This document shows, piece after piece, positions 18,035 to 27,363 of a DNA stretch of 29,146 bases. Made by a program: the position numbers and the translations under genes. The stretch comes from Candidatus Thorarchaeota archaeon (GTDB lineage Archaea > Asgardarchaeota > Thorarchaeia > Thorarchaeales > Thorarchaeaceae): positions 1 to 29,146 of the forward strand of contig RDNZ01000037.1 of the NCBI GenBank assembly GCA_011364905.1, in the 5' to 3' direction. A model generated the notes under the pieces. It ran no database searches. It was not told the DNA's origin and saw nothing but the letters and a program-made list of their open reading frames with translations. The first letter of the stretch is position 1. Each line of letters begins with the position of its first letter.

Positions 18035-18772
18035 ATGGATGACGAATGTGCTCAATGGGAACGCTTGGCCAACGAGTTTCTTGAGGCTGAAAAGTACTAT
18101 CAAGCTGCAAACCAATTCAAGAATGCAGCAAGCTGCTATCTTGACAGAGTGCATGAGATGACCACAAAAGCAGCTGAATACTATCACATGTATGCTGAAG
18201 AACGGGTAGAGAAGGACGACCATAGAGCTGCTGCTACGGCCTACCTTGAAGCTGCGACGCAATATCGACAAGTTAGTGATTTTTCCACAGCATTGACCCT
18301 CTATGAGAATGCGGCAAAAGAGGCGCTTCTTGAGAAAATGACTGAAACTGCAGCTCAAGCTTACTTGTGGGCAGCCTATTCCTGTCATAGGACAGGGAAC
18401 CGCGAATATTTCCTGACTGCCGCCGAGAACATGGGAGACCTCTATGATAAGGCTGCTAACAAGGCTATAGATGATGGGAATGCTGAAAGAGCGGTAATCA
18501 ATCTATCATTGGCCGCGATGGGTTTTGCCACGATTGAAAAGACTGCAAAAGCCAAAGAACTCATAGAAAAGGCGAAACAGATCATCACCAAAACAAGATG
18601 GGAGTGGCTACAGACCCTCTTATCGTTCAGCAATGCTCTGGCAGAGAATGACCTCGATGAAGCCGAAGACATGCTCACAGTCTTTGAGGAAGAGGAGGCA
18701 ATTGAGCAGGTTATGGGAGCTTGCCTTAGTATCAGGTCTGAGATTGAGAGGAAGAAGAAACGGAAGTCATAA
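18035..18772 (+). CDS. All-helical TPR/SNAP (soluble NSF attachment protein)-like protein
   Basis: Repeated AA..Y..AA helices (YYQAANQFKNAASCY, HRAAATAYLEAATQY, ETAAQAYLWAAYSC) resemble the alpha/gamma-SNAP helical hairpins. Confidence 0.6.
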   Translation: MDDECAQWERLANEFLEAEKYYQAANQFKNAASCYLDRVHEMTTKAAEYYHMYAEERVEKDDHRAAATAYLEAATQYRQVSDFSTALTLYENAAKEALLEKMTETAAQAYLWAAYSCHRTGNREYFLTAAENMGDLYDKAANKAIDDGNAERAVINLSLAAMGFATIEKTAKAKELIEKAKQIITKTRWEWLQTLLSFSNALAENDLDEAEDMLTVFEEEEAIEQVMGACLSIRSEIERKKKRKS

Positions 18773-18774
18773 GC

Positions 18775-20025
18775 CTATCCTACTCGCACCATGGAAGTTT
18801 TCACTGCTTCGTCACCTGATCGCCCATCGACAACTTTTGCCGTTACAAGCTCCTCGCCTTGACCAACAGCTTTGACAAAAGTCTGCAAACGGACATTTTC
18901 TCCGCTTCCGAGAAAATTGATTGTTTTCGAATCAATGCCGAATGATGTTTCAAGGCCGTCAGAAAGAGCCACAGTCAACTGGATATTTTCTGCAGGTCCA
19001 TCTCCCTCGTTAAACACAGTTATTTCGAATATTGCTTCGTCACCAAGGTTACAGGATACTCGTTCTGGTTTTAGGTCCACTGCGATTTTGGATGGAGCTC
19101 TAGCAATGCTAAACTCGAGTTTGTTGGTGTGTTTGTTTACAAGTACTTTGTCGCCTTCAAGGGTCACCGTGAGAGGGCCTATAGTACCCTCACCACTGAG
19201 GACTGGTTTGAATTCAAGCAACCATGATTCCTCTTTGGCAGGAGTCTGTTTGTATTCAGGTTCTTTCACAATTATGACACTGTTAGATAGTGCCAGCCGG
19301 TGATCAACGATTTGGACTTCTGCAGGGCATTTGTATCTTAACTCAATCTCAAGCGGCGCCTTTACATTGACTTCTTTTTGTGGGGGACCGGCCCATTCCA
19401 ATAGAATCTCTGTATCAATTGCGAGTTTCGTTGAGTTAACTAGAAAGTCTATGAGGGGCCGCTCAGGATCATTGGGCTTAACGCTCTTTGCAGTCTTCTC
19501 AAATTCCTTTTTGGGGACATCTACTCCCTCACATAATATCCTCGTGCATATCTCAGCCAGTGCATACATCGGATCTATCTTCGATGACGAGTCTTTCAGT
19601 CGCTTCTCGGCTTTACGCACCAAGTTGGTGGCCGTCCCAAAGTTTCTGGCTGCTAGATATCCAATTATTGCTATTCCTAATGACCGATTGGATTCTCTCG
19701 ATTTCTTCTCTCTTTCCAGATGATCAGATGATTCAGAATAGAGATTACCAGCCTCGTCGTAACGACCCTCCTGTAGAAGACACTCAGCGGCAGCAACTTT
19801 CATTTCTGCGCATCGAATGTGGTCATTATTTTCTAATGCATAGATAGAAGCCTCTCGAAAGTATTTCACAGCAAAGTCCGTTTGCTCAACCTCACAGAAA
19901 CAACGAGCGGCTTTCTCGTACTCAACGCTTGCATAATCAGGATAACCATCCTCAATTTCGACGAGTGCCTTCTCAACGTGCTTCTTTGCTTTCTTTACAG
20001 GATCAGACTTCAGGAAATTGAACAT
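18775..20025 (-). CDS. SNAP/TPR-like alpha-solenoid fused to two Ig-like beta-sandwich domains
   Basis: The N-terminal ~200 aa are helical (PDYASVEYEKAARCF, YDEAGNLYSES). The C-terminal half is beta-rich (FKPVLSGEGTIGPLTVT; ITVFNEGDGPAENIQL...LGSGE), CARDB/BatD/TRAPP-Ig-like. No signal peptide. Confidence 0.6.
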   Translation of the reverse strand: MFNFLKSDPVKKAKKHVEKALVEIEDGYPDYASVEYEKAARCFCEVEQTDFAVKYFREASIYALENNDHIRCAEMKVAAAECLLQEGRYDEAGNLYSESSDHLEREKKSRESNRSLGIAIIGYLAARNFGTATNLVRKAEKRLKDSSSKIDPMYALAEICTRILCEGVDVPKKEFEKTAKSVKPNDPERPLIDFLVNSTKLAIDTEILLEWAGPPQKEVNVKAPLEIELRYKCPAEVQIVDHRLALSNSVIIVKEPEYKQTPAKEESWLLEFKPVLSGEGTIGPLTVTLEGDKVLVNKHTNKLEFSIARAPSKIAVDLKPERVSCNLGDEAIFEITVFNEGDGPAENIQLTVALSDGLETSFGIDSKTINFLGSGENVRLQTFVKAVGQGEELVTAKVVDGRSGDEAVKTSMVRVG

Positions 20026-20181
20026 AGATTGGTCCCTCGAACTATAATTCTGGGCACAGGTAGGTCACCCAATACACGCTATATCGGTTTCGGCAGATAC
20101 TGAGTTTGCCTTGCAGCGAAAGAAGACAGTTTCGAAAGTTATTTTCGACTCAGTGTTAGCCAATTTGCTAGGGCGAATTTC

Positions 20182-21384
20182 ATGAGTAATGTTCCACCAT
20201 ACTGGAATGACCCTAATAGGGGCGGGTTCGATGTCTCGATAGAGAGAGTTGAGCAGGTCGGTACGTCTTATCATATTCAAATCAAAGAAGACATAATCAG
20301 ACCTTCAGGAGGGGGACAAGCAGGTGATAGAGGGAGCCTTACAATTGAAGACAGTTGTATTCCAATCATAGACACGATTAGCGAGTCTAATGGGATTGTG
20401 CTAGTATCAAGTGAAGAACCGTCCCCCGGACATGAAGGCCAACTTGAGATTGATATGGAATGGCGACAATCAATGATGAAGAATCATACTGCTGAGCATC
20501 TTCTCGCTTCCATCATCAAGAAGAAGAAAGACGTAGCAGTTGGACAACTCTGGATAGATGGCGATCATGGGTCAGTCGAGTTACTGGGAGAAAACATCGA
20601 GCTTGATACAATCTTTGAGGCAGAAGCAGAAGTATTGGACATAATTGAGAGGAACATGCCGGTTGAAAGCAACTTTGTCGACTCAAGGGAAGTGGATTCA
20701 ACAATTAGAACTCGTGAGGGGCTCACAGAAAAGCACGAAAAACTCAGAGTAGTTACAATAGGTGAGATTGATAGCTGCGCCTGTTCTGGAATCCATGTAT
20801 TGCATACTAAGGACATTGGATTCTTTAAAATCCTGGATGTAAAGAAGAACGAAAGAAGCACACACATTGAATTCGTTACAGGAACAAAAGCAGGTCAGTA
20901 TGTTTCGGATATCTACAACATGGCACTTCGACGGAGGTATTCGTATCCGTTCGAGATGGAGCAACTAGGTGCTGTCCTAGACAAAGCCAAACAAGCAATT
21001 GATATCAAGCAGGAGTTGATTGAAAAGATAATCAACTTGTTAACAGAATCATCCTCGGTTGAGCAGATAAATGGAGTAGGCTTTAGACACGAGTATCTTC
21101 CAGGCTTTGACTCAAACACCTTAAGCATCTTAGCAAATCAAATGACTTCAACAAAACCACTTGTTCTATTGTTGTTCGCTCCTGGCATCAAATCACACTT
21201 AATTCTTCGAGTATACAACATGCCGCAGGAGGCCTCCTACTACATCTCTGATGCGGTAAAGCAAGTTGGGGGGAAAGGCGGAGGAAAAACGGATTTGTTC
21301 TCTGGAGGTTTTACAGAGGTTGTCGATCCTGTTGAAGTGTATGAGAGGTTGATTCAGTCAATTCAAAAGTTGATTAGACAATAA
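20182..21384 (+). CDS. alaX: Free-standing alanyl-tRNA editing protein (AlaX, long form with C-terminal DHHA1/C-Ala domain)
   Basis: GGGQAGDRG, the editing motifs HTAEH and CSGIH, and C-terminal GGKGGG. No aminoacylation domain. Confidence 0.85.
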   Translation: MSNVPPYWNDPNRGGFDVSIERVEQVGTSYHIQIKEDIIRPSGGGQAGDRGSLTIEDSCIPIIDTISESNGIVLVSSEEPSPGHEGQLEIDMEWRQSMMKNHTAEHLLASIIKKKKDVAVGQLWIDGDHGSVELLGENIELDTIFEAEAEVLDIIERNMPVESNFVDSREVDSTIRTREGLTEKHEKLRVVTIGEIDSCACSGIHVLHTKDIGFFKILDVKKNERSTHIEFVTGTKAGQYVSDIYNMALRRRYSYPFEMEQLGAVLDKAKQAIDIKQELIEKIINLLTESSSVEQINGVGFRHEYLPGFDSNTLSILANQMTSTKPLVLLLFAPGIKSHLILRVYNMPQEASYYISDAVKQVGGKGGGKTDLFSGGFTEVVDPVEVYERLIQSIQKLIRQ

Positions 21385-21444
21385 TGCTGGAAGCACAAAG
21401 ACAGTTATTTCAACGCGAGTTATATTTCCCGTTTTTCAAACCAA

Positions 21445-23067
21445 TCAATAATCTGTGAATTCCCAATGAATCTGAAATACTGACATTGTTGGTCTTCCTC
21501 CGCCAACATGAACCTCCGGGGGAATAGTGACTGTGTATACTTTCTCCCATGCGTTGTGCGGTAGAAAAAAGGTGAAGTAGACAAATAGATCATCGAAGTA
21601 AACAATGTAGTTGCATCCATGATTTCGAAGATAGGATAGTGTTTGTCGCGTCGTCATATTCCCATGAACAATATCAGGACTCACGAGTCCTGCTAGATCA
21701 ATCATTGATCTGTTTGAAAAGAATCTAAGCGCCCCAGCATCATGTGTTGCAAACACTGCATCCTCAGGTGTGTTCTCTGCGAGCCATTGCCCAATGTTGA
21801 CTTGAAGGTCATTCACAGTTTTTGCTGCTTTTCCGTAGTAGGTGGCTTGATCCATGTACTGAGGAATAAGGGGTACAACCAGAACCATAACAGCGAGAGA
21901 AACGGCAATGAGTTTGGTCTCTTCCCGGTCGAAGAAATGCAAGATGCCAACGAAAACGATGTCAAAGATCCAGGCAGTCACAATTATCGCAGCCAGAAAG
22001 AATAGATCAAAGACCGGAAGTAGATATCGGTTATTGTTAATGAGAGATGCATAAGGAGTTGTCAACCTGTACATGACCGTAAGTACGACAGGAAACATCC
22101 ACGGAAATGGCTTGCTTTTGACGATCATAACGACACCAATAAACACTCCAACCAGAAGGAAAGGCATTTGCCCTACGAAAATCGTCCACCAAAAATTCCA
22201 AGCATCAATTTCTGACGCTGTAGGCGTATGTACCTTGGCATAGAATGTATCAGGCAGCGGCAGCCCCGTAACATTCAGACAATACATGATCCAGGGTAAG
22301 ACTACTAGAATTGCCAAACCGGCGGATGCGAACAGAGTCACGATACGTTTCTTATTCACCTCTCCCTTGTGAACCAACAGAGCGAACCTGATAGGGACAC
22401 CAAGCGCAACGATGATGCCTTCAGGTCTCGAGAGATATGCCATGCCAACAAGTACTCCCAGAAGTAAATCGTATTTCATATCCGCTTTGTCCAGAATTAT
22501 AATCGAGAGCAGCAGAATGAACACAAAAAGAGGCGTTTCCATTCCTGATAGCATTAACCATGTGTTTCGCGGGATAATCACAAAACCAAGAACTGACAAC
22601 ATGCCCCATGTAATGCTTTCAGTATAGTCGAATACAATTTTTCCCACCATGAAGGTGGAGGCAACGTAGAACAATATCGATATACTATATACTCCCCATA
22701 CTTGACCAGTTACATCAGTTGAGAGATAGAATACACTGGAAAGCAGTATTGACCAGAGAGGACTAGTTGAACCTGTACTTGGATACCCAGGAGAGTACTC
22801 CCAAGGGTGCCCTTCGAAGATAGTTCTGGCAAATTGAAGGTGTATCCACGAATCATCCAGTGTGAATCCAGGAGTTGTGTATGACAACATCGTTGACAGG
22901 TAATAGATACATGAGAACCCCACTGCAAAAGCGGCAGTGACTAGGAGTATGAGATCTTCTCTGTTTCTTTTAATCCATTGACGGACTCTTGGAGTATAAC
23001 CTTCTGAAACATCATTCTCTTGACCAACTCCATTGCGGTCAGAAGGCTTTGTCATCTCATACACCAC
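21445..23067 (-). CDS. GT-C fold integral-membrane glycosyltransferase (ArnT/PMT-like)
   Basis: First loop LDDSWIH.QFAR, G.TSPLW, SGMET.L, RPEG and RYLLP, with a soluble C-terminal DAGA..FFS....IDLAGL. About 11-12 TM helices. Confidence 0.8.
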   Translation of the reverse strand: MVYEMTKPSDRNGVGQENDVSEGYTPRVRQWIKRNREDLILLVTAAFAVGFSCIYYLSTMLSYTTPGFTLDDSWIHLQFARTIFEGHPWEYSPGYPSTGSTSPLWSILLSSVFYLSTDVTGQVWGVYSISILFYVASTFMVGKIVFDYTESITWGMLSVLGFVIIPRNTWLMLSGMETPLFVFILLLSIIILDKADMKYDLLLGVLVGMAYLSRPEGIIVALGVPIRFALLVHKGEVNKKRIVTLFASAGLAILVVLPWIMYCLNVTGLPLPDTFYAKVHTPTASEIDAWNFWWTIFVGQMPFLLVGVFIGVVMIVKSKPFPWMFPVVLTVMYRLTTPYASLINNNRYLLPVFDLFFLAAIIVTAWIFDIVFVGILHFFDREETKLIAVSLAVMVLVVPLIPQYMDQATYYGKAAKTVNDLQVNIGQWLAENTPEDAVFATHDAGALRFFSNRSMIDLAGLVSPDIVHGNMTTRQTLSYLRNHGCNYIVYFDDLFVYFTFFLPHNAWEKVYTVTIPPEVHVGGGRPTMSVFQIHWEFTDY

Positions 23068-23238
23068 AATTTAGGGTCGTCAAGCATGTCAAGACTATAT
23101 GTCTTTCGAGCCCAAGATACTTTCGGACATCTCTCTCACCGCGTTTGGCATACATCCAAGCAGAGCTACATGCTGAATAATTGACTTAGCATAATTAGTC
23201 CTTGAAAGAATGGGTCTATTTTCAGATAGGGGAAGGCA

Positions 23239-24378
23239 ATGGCTCTCGATCATTTCCGAACAACACAGCTGCAGCTCGGGGAGGCTGTGTCAGGTCGGTC
23301 CATTACAGCGTTTAGTCCACCCGGTATTGCTATAGAAGCTGCGAAATATCCCGTCCTGATGGCAGGTGTTTTGGCTTCAACTGAGGCTTCAGAATATCTC
23401 TCCATATTCGACCATCCAGAAGCTTGGATGGGTTTAGACAGAGAAGCTGTCATATCCATGCGACGACGTTTATACAAATTCACTGTTGCAGTCGATGCAC
23501 GTAGATTAGAACCATCAGACATCGTACAGGCTCTGCAGACAATAGCCCTATCAGTCAGCCCCGTAGCAATAGAGATCGAAACATCCAACCTTCCCCAAAA
23601 GAATCTGCATCCACTCGGAGGACAGTTGCCTACAGGTTCAGAAGTTGAGATTTCAGCATTAGATATTATATCCAAACCCGAAATCAGTCGGGTTGCCAAG
23701 CAGATAACTACTCTTGATGTCCCTGCCTCGGAAGCTGCATGGAAACTTCTTGATTATGATTACACCCTCGACCAAGTGGTGCGGATGATGTCTGTTGGTC
23801 TACTCGGTCGTCTGGACAACAGAAGATTCGTTCCTACTCGTGGAGCTTACAAAGCTGTGATTGACGCTTATGTCAGTCGTGTTCTGATGGAGCTTTCGGA
23901 CAAACCAATTTCTGATTCATTTAGGGTCGCGAGGTCGGAGTTCTATGGGGAGAACTTCGCTATTTTCTCGCAACCAGGAGAGCCAAGAGTGGACTATTTC
24001 AGGATTGAAAGAACACCAAAGGGATTTGAGCGAGATGTGAGCCTCGAAGGAGCCAAGAATATCACAATTGACTCTAAGACATCGGTCTACGCGGATAATG
24101 CCAGATTCTCTACCTATCGAGATCTTGTTAAGCAAGGAGAGTCCGCACACGTTTCAATTTTTCATTACGCTAGAAACAATGCTAACAATATACTCGGTCC
24201 ATGGGTAGTACGTGCTGGAGTAAAGGCTGCTTTGAACTCTGACCAATTCTTCTTTGATACACAAGAAACTGCTGTTGGTGTGCTAGATTCCATACTCTCT
24301 CCACATATCAATATCTGGACAAAAAAGGAATCACTTCTAGATGAATTCGGTGGTGAGTTCAAGACCATCGAGAACTAA
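23239..24378 (+). CDS. Divergent Nre (DUF650/DUF651) archaeal DNA repair family protein
   Basis: SPP.......YP, D.PE.W, SVGLLG....RRFVPTR and GPWVVR..VKAA align with Nre motifs. The N-terminal Zn finger is absent. Confidence 0.7.
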   Translation: MALDHFRTTQLQLGEAVSGRSITAFSPPGIAIEAAKYPVLMAGVLASTEASEYLSIFDHPEAWMGLDREAVISMRRRLYKFTVAVDARRLEPSDIVQALQTIALSVSPVAIEIETSNLPQKNLHPLGGQLPTGSEVEISALDIISKPEISRVAKQITTLDVPASEAAWKLLDYDYTLDQVVRMMSVGLLGRLDNRRFVPTRGAYKAVIDAYVSRVLMELSDKPISDSFRVARSEFYGENFAIFSQPGEPRVDYFRIERTPKGFERDVSLEGAKNITIDSKTSVYADNARFSTYRDLVKQGESAHVSIFHYARNNANNILGPWVVRAGVKAALNSDQFFFDTQETAVGVLDSILSPHINIWTKKESLLDEFGGEFKTIEN

Positions 24379-24408
24379 AAATGGGAGAATGAAAAAAAAG
24401 AGGGGGAT
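24379..24408 (-). terminator. Oligo-U terminator for the Zn-ribbon gene pair
   Basis: The minus strand reads CCCCCTCTTTTTTTTCATTCTCCCATTT shortly after the stop at 24423. Confidence 0.5.
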
Positions 24409-24422
24409 GTGTAAGCAGTTGC

Positions 24423-25412
24423 CTACACACGCTCTTTGGCTTCTTTACTAGAAGCACCTTTGTACATCAAGACCAAACCGATAACAGCCAAGAGACCACC
24501 TGAGATGAGACCACCAACTGGGAACAAAGTTGGAAGTGGTAGTCCAATGACATCAGAGAGAGCTAGCAAGATTAGGCCTACACCAATAAGGAGCATGATT
24601 AGACCAGCACCAATTCCACCCGCTCTGAATGCCATCGAGCGCGGATACTCGCTTTCAATCACATATCCTGTGGGAGCAGAAACGGAAGCCTTGTACTTCT
24701 TGTTGCCATATCTGTATTCAAGTTCCCAAACAGGAACATGAATCAGAAATGTTTCACCAACATCGATCTTATCATCTCTTGATTCAATCTTGCTCACTTC
24801 CTGCAGGACTAGTTTTGTCTGCCTGTCGAGAGCAATCTGTCGAGCCATCTGCTTGGCTTGTTCCTCAGACAAGTTGCTGTGGAGAACTTTCCCATCATAT
24901 TCCTCAGCATGAGCATGGCTGAAGTACTCTTTTGCACGAGTCGGAATTGGCTGGTTACGCACATCCTCGTCGATGTCCTTCACAGCAGCAATATTGATCT
25001 CATGCCTTCTTGTGAACGCACCAGACTCGGGTTTCATGAAGAATTCAATCCGCTTGTAAGCGCCTCTTCGTTGGGGCCACTCGTTGTAGAAGTTGGCATC
25101 CCGACCAAGTCCGCGGTACTCTGTTTGAGCATCGACTCTACTAATCCAAAATGGATACCATATCTGCTGATACTTGACGAAATTAGCAGCTACAGGTAGG
25201 TCTTCGGGAACACCAAGCTGCTTCGAAACCCAGTCTAGCAATGTAGTCTGAGCTTCATGTTGATCGAAGTGAACTCGAATCATGTAGTGGTCCTTGAACT
25301 TGACGCCTTCTTTTGTCTGTGCAGTACCACAGTACGGGCAGATTAGGAGAACATCACCAGGACCAGTTTCAAAGTCTGCATCGCAAAACGCACATCTTGC
25401 CATTTCAATCAC
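24423..25412 (-). CDS. Zn-ribbon membrane-anchored protein (YdjG-like), paralog 2
   Basis: CAFC...CPYC, WYPFW, HVPVWELEYRYGNKKY.A.V...TG.V and two C-terminal TM helices. The GTG start overlaps the upstream TGA (GTGA). Confidence 0.7.
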   Translation of the reverse strand: MIEMARCAFCDADFETGPGDVLLICPYCGTAQTKEGVKFKDHYMIRVHFDQHEAQTTLLDWVSKQLGVPEDLPVAANFVKYQQIWYPFWISRVDAQTEYRGLGRDANFYNEWPQRRGAYKRIEFFMKPESGAFTRRHEINIAAVKDIDEDVRNQPIPTRAKEYFSHAHAEEYDGKVLHSNLSEEQAKQMARQIALDRQTKLVLQEVSKIESRDDKIDVGETFLIHVPVWELEYRYGNKKYKASVSAPTGYVIESEYPRSMAFRAGGIGAGLIMLLIGVGLILLALSDVIGLPLPTLFPVGGLISGGLLAVIGLVLMYKGASSKEAKERV

Positions 25413-26443
25413 CCCTTCTTGGTGCGCTGAGTCATTATCAGCACCCTGAACCCTGCGAATGTCATGATTATTCCAATTATCACAGCTGCGATTCCGAGAA
25501 CCATTTGCATGGTGACATCTGCGGTCATTCCTATATTGAAGACTTCACCGCCAACACCAGCTACAATAATTCCAATCAGGCCCATTAGTGTCCACATGAT
25601 CCTTTGACCACGTGTGATTGGAATCTCTCCAAGGATCACTTTCCCAGTGTTTCCATCAATCGCCGCTTTGTAGAGGTCGCCTTGGAATTTGTATCGGATT
25701 AATGAAAACGGTGCTTGCAGGTAAGTCGTTCCACGCACATTTGTGGTAGTCCGACAGTCAAAAAGCTCAGTCAGGCCGCTAGCAGCTTGCGAACGGTGTC
25801 GATCAGCCACACGACCGTGAACAGTCTTTTCGAATTCCTCTGACCCTATCTCTGCGTTTAGCATATCTGGTCCAAGATCCTTTATTTTCTCAAAGTCGTA
25901 TTGTACCGTTTTTGCTAGATTGATACAATCAAGATACTCCTCGAGACCGTAGAAGCGAGCACCTTTACGGGCTAATAATCGCTCATCAGTATCTGTATGA
26001 AGTTCATCCTGAACTGGTTCGTAACCTGTTTCGTAGTCAGTATACGTTTCAGTTCTAGTGTGTCCATCAGAATCTCTAACAGTCCGAGTCTTTTGAACCG
26101 GCACCTGGACAGTCCTGTACCCTTTGTAGTAGGAGTCCGCCTTGACCTTCGATGTCCAAATAGGAACGAAAATCAAGCGGTTCTCGACGACCTTTACGCC
26201 TTTGACCAAGGACTTGTTCATGCCCTTGTTCTTGTCTAAGAATGCATTGAAGCCCTGCATTCGCTCGTCAGCATCTACTGCAGGTTCCATCAAATGGTCG
26301 CCAATAGCTTTTCCTTCTATTGTGCTGGTACTGCCACAATACGTACAAGTGATAACAACGTCATCGGGTCCGGTCTTTACATTGCCATTGCAGACTGGAC
26401 ACTTGAACATGTCCGCTGCTTCTGCTTCTGAACCCATTATCAA
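25409..26443 (-). CDS. Zn-ribbon membrane-anchored protein (YdjG-like), paralog 1
   Basis: CPVC...CTYC, FVPIW, APF..IRYKFQGDLYKAAIDGNTGKVILGEIP and two C-terminal TM helices. Confidence 0.7.
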   Translation of the reverse strand: MIMGSEAEAADMFKCPVCNGNVKTGPDDVVITCTYCGSTSTIEGKAIGDHLMEPAVDADERMQGFNAFLDKNKGMNKSLVKGVKVVENRLIFVPIWTSKVKADSYYKGYRTVQVPVQKTRTVRDSDGHTRTETYTDYETGYEPVQDELHTDTDERLLARKGARFYGLEEYLDCINLAKTVQYDFEKIKDLGPDMLNAEIGSEEFEKTVHGRVADRHRSQAASGLTELFDCRTTTNVRGTTYLQAPFSLIRYKFQGDLYKAAIDGNTGKVILGEIPITRGQRIMWTLMGLIGIIVAGVGGEVFNIGMTADVTMQMVLGIAAVIIGIIMTFAGFRVLIMTQRTKKG

Positions 26444-26485
26444 ACTCTCCGGAGTCTGTATCTAGAGGCAGTTCGTGTCATAGGC

Positions 26486-26498
26486 ATTTAAGACTTCG
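26486..26498 (-). promoter_or_regulatory. Probable TATA/BRE for the Zn-ribbon operon
   Basis: The minus strand reads CGAAGTC-TTAAAT about 45 nt upstream of the start, with an SD-like GGAGAG before TTG/ATG. Confidence 0.4.
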
Positions 26499-26601
26499 TC
26501 ACATGGCCAATTCATCCATTAATCGCCTTCTCAGGGGTACTCCCACTGAAGTTGAAGAGAAGCCATGGTTAGACGTCACGACCTACCTTCGTAATTTCAT
26601 G

Positions 26602-27297
26602 CTAAACAAGATTCTCTCTTCTGTACTCAGTGAAGAACAAAACCACGATTGCTGTCAGTCGCAGGAAGTAAACCGCAAGAAAAGGTGAGTCAACGAGAAA
26701 ATACTGAAATGCACTTGTCGCTATTCCAATATTCGACCAAACAAGCGGATACATCACAGAGCCAACGATAGGTTCCAGTACCATTAGGATGATGACAATG
26801 TTCAGAAGCACTGGTTTCTTGATCTGATATCTCGTTGTTCGGAGAATCAGCGCCAGTATAACAGCTCCCCCCACTGAGATTGCAGCATCTATTGCCAAGA
26901 TGAATTCGAAGCTAATTGAATAATTAGTGAGATTATAGAGGACTCGGTATAAATCAAAAGACAATGGATAGAGCATTACAAAAACAAACAAGAGACTGTA
27001 TTTTCCGTCAGATGATACAATAACAGCGTAAAAACCCAGAGCAACAAGCATCGCTGGTAAAATGTAATATTCCCCTAAAAGATTCATGAGTGTAACTACA
27101 GGCTGCATAGCGTCCCAATCCACTGGGTCTATATTGTATATTCTAATATACTCCAGATAAACACCTGTGTGGACAGCCCATAGTACAATCGTAGATGCTA
27201 TACCAATGATTCCAAGCACAATCAATGCTTGGTGAGTCTTTTTGTTGAGTTGACTCGTACTACCGTCAATTGGAACTGGAATTGATTCTAATGCCAC
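26602..27297 (-). CDS. Hypothetical integral membrane protein (~6 TM)
   Basis: Hydrophobic ORF. GTG 27297 follows an SD-like GGGGTGG; the ORF track start is TTG 27336. Confidence 0.6.
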   Translation of the reverse strand: MALESIPVPIDGSTSQLNKKTHQALIVLGIIGIASTIVLWAVHTGVYLEYIRIYNIDPVDWDAMQPVVTLMNLLGEYYILPAMLVALGFYAVIVSSDGKYSLLFVFVMLYPLSFDLYRVLYNLTNYSISFEFILAIDAAISVGGAVILALILRTTRYQIKKPVLLNIVIILMVLEPIVGSVMYPLVWSNIGIATSAFQYFLVDSPFLAVYFLRLTAIVVLFFTEYRRENLV

Positions 27298-27363
27298 AAA
27301 TACCACCCCGCAATCTGCTAACCTGTAAATCCTCAAGATAAATGTTCGGTATTTTCAGCAAGT

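Noticed and set aside
17942-18388. 148-aa minus-strand ORF and other long antisense ORFs (e.g. 7020-7529, 16602-17054, 23250-23699)
   Set aside because: They overlap better-supported genes on the opposite strand and have no motifs.
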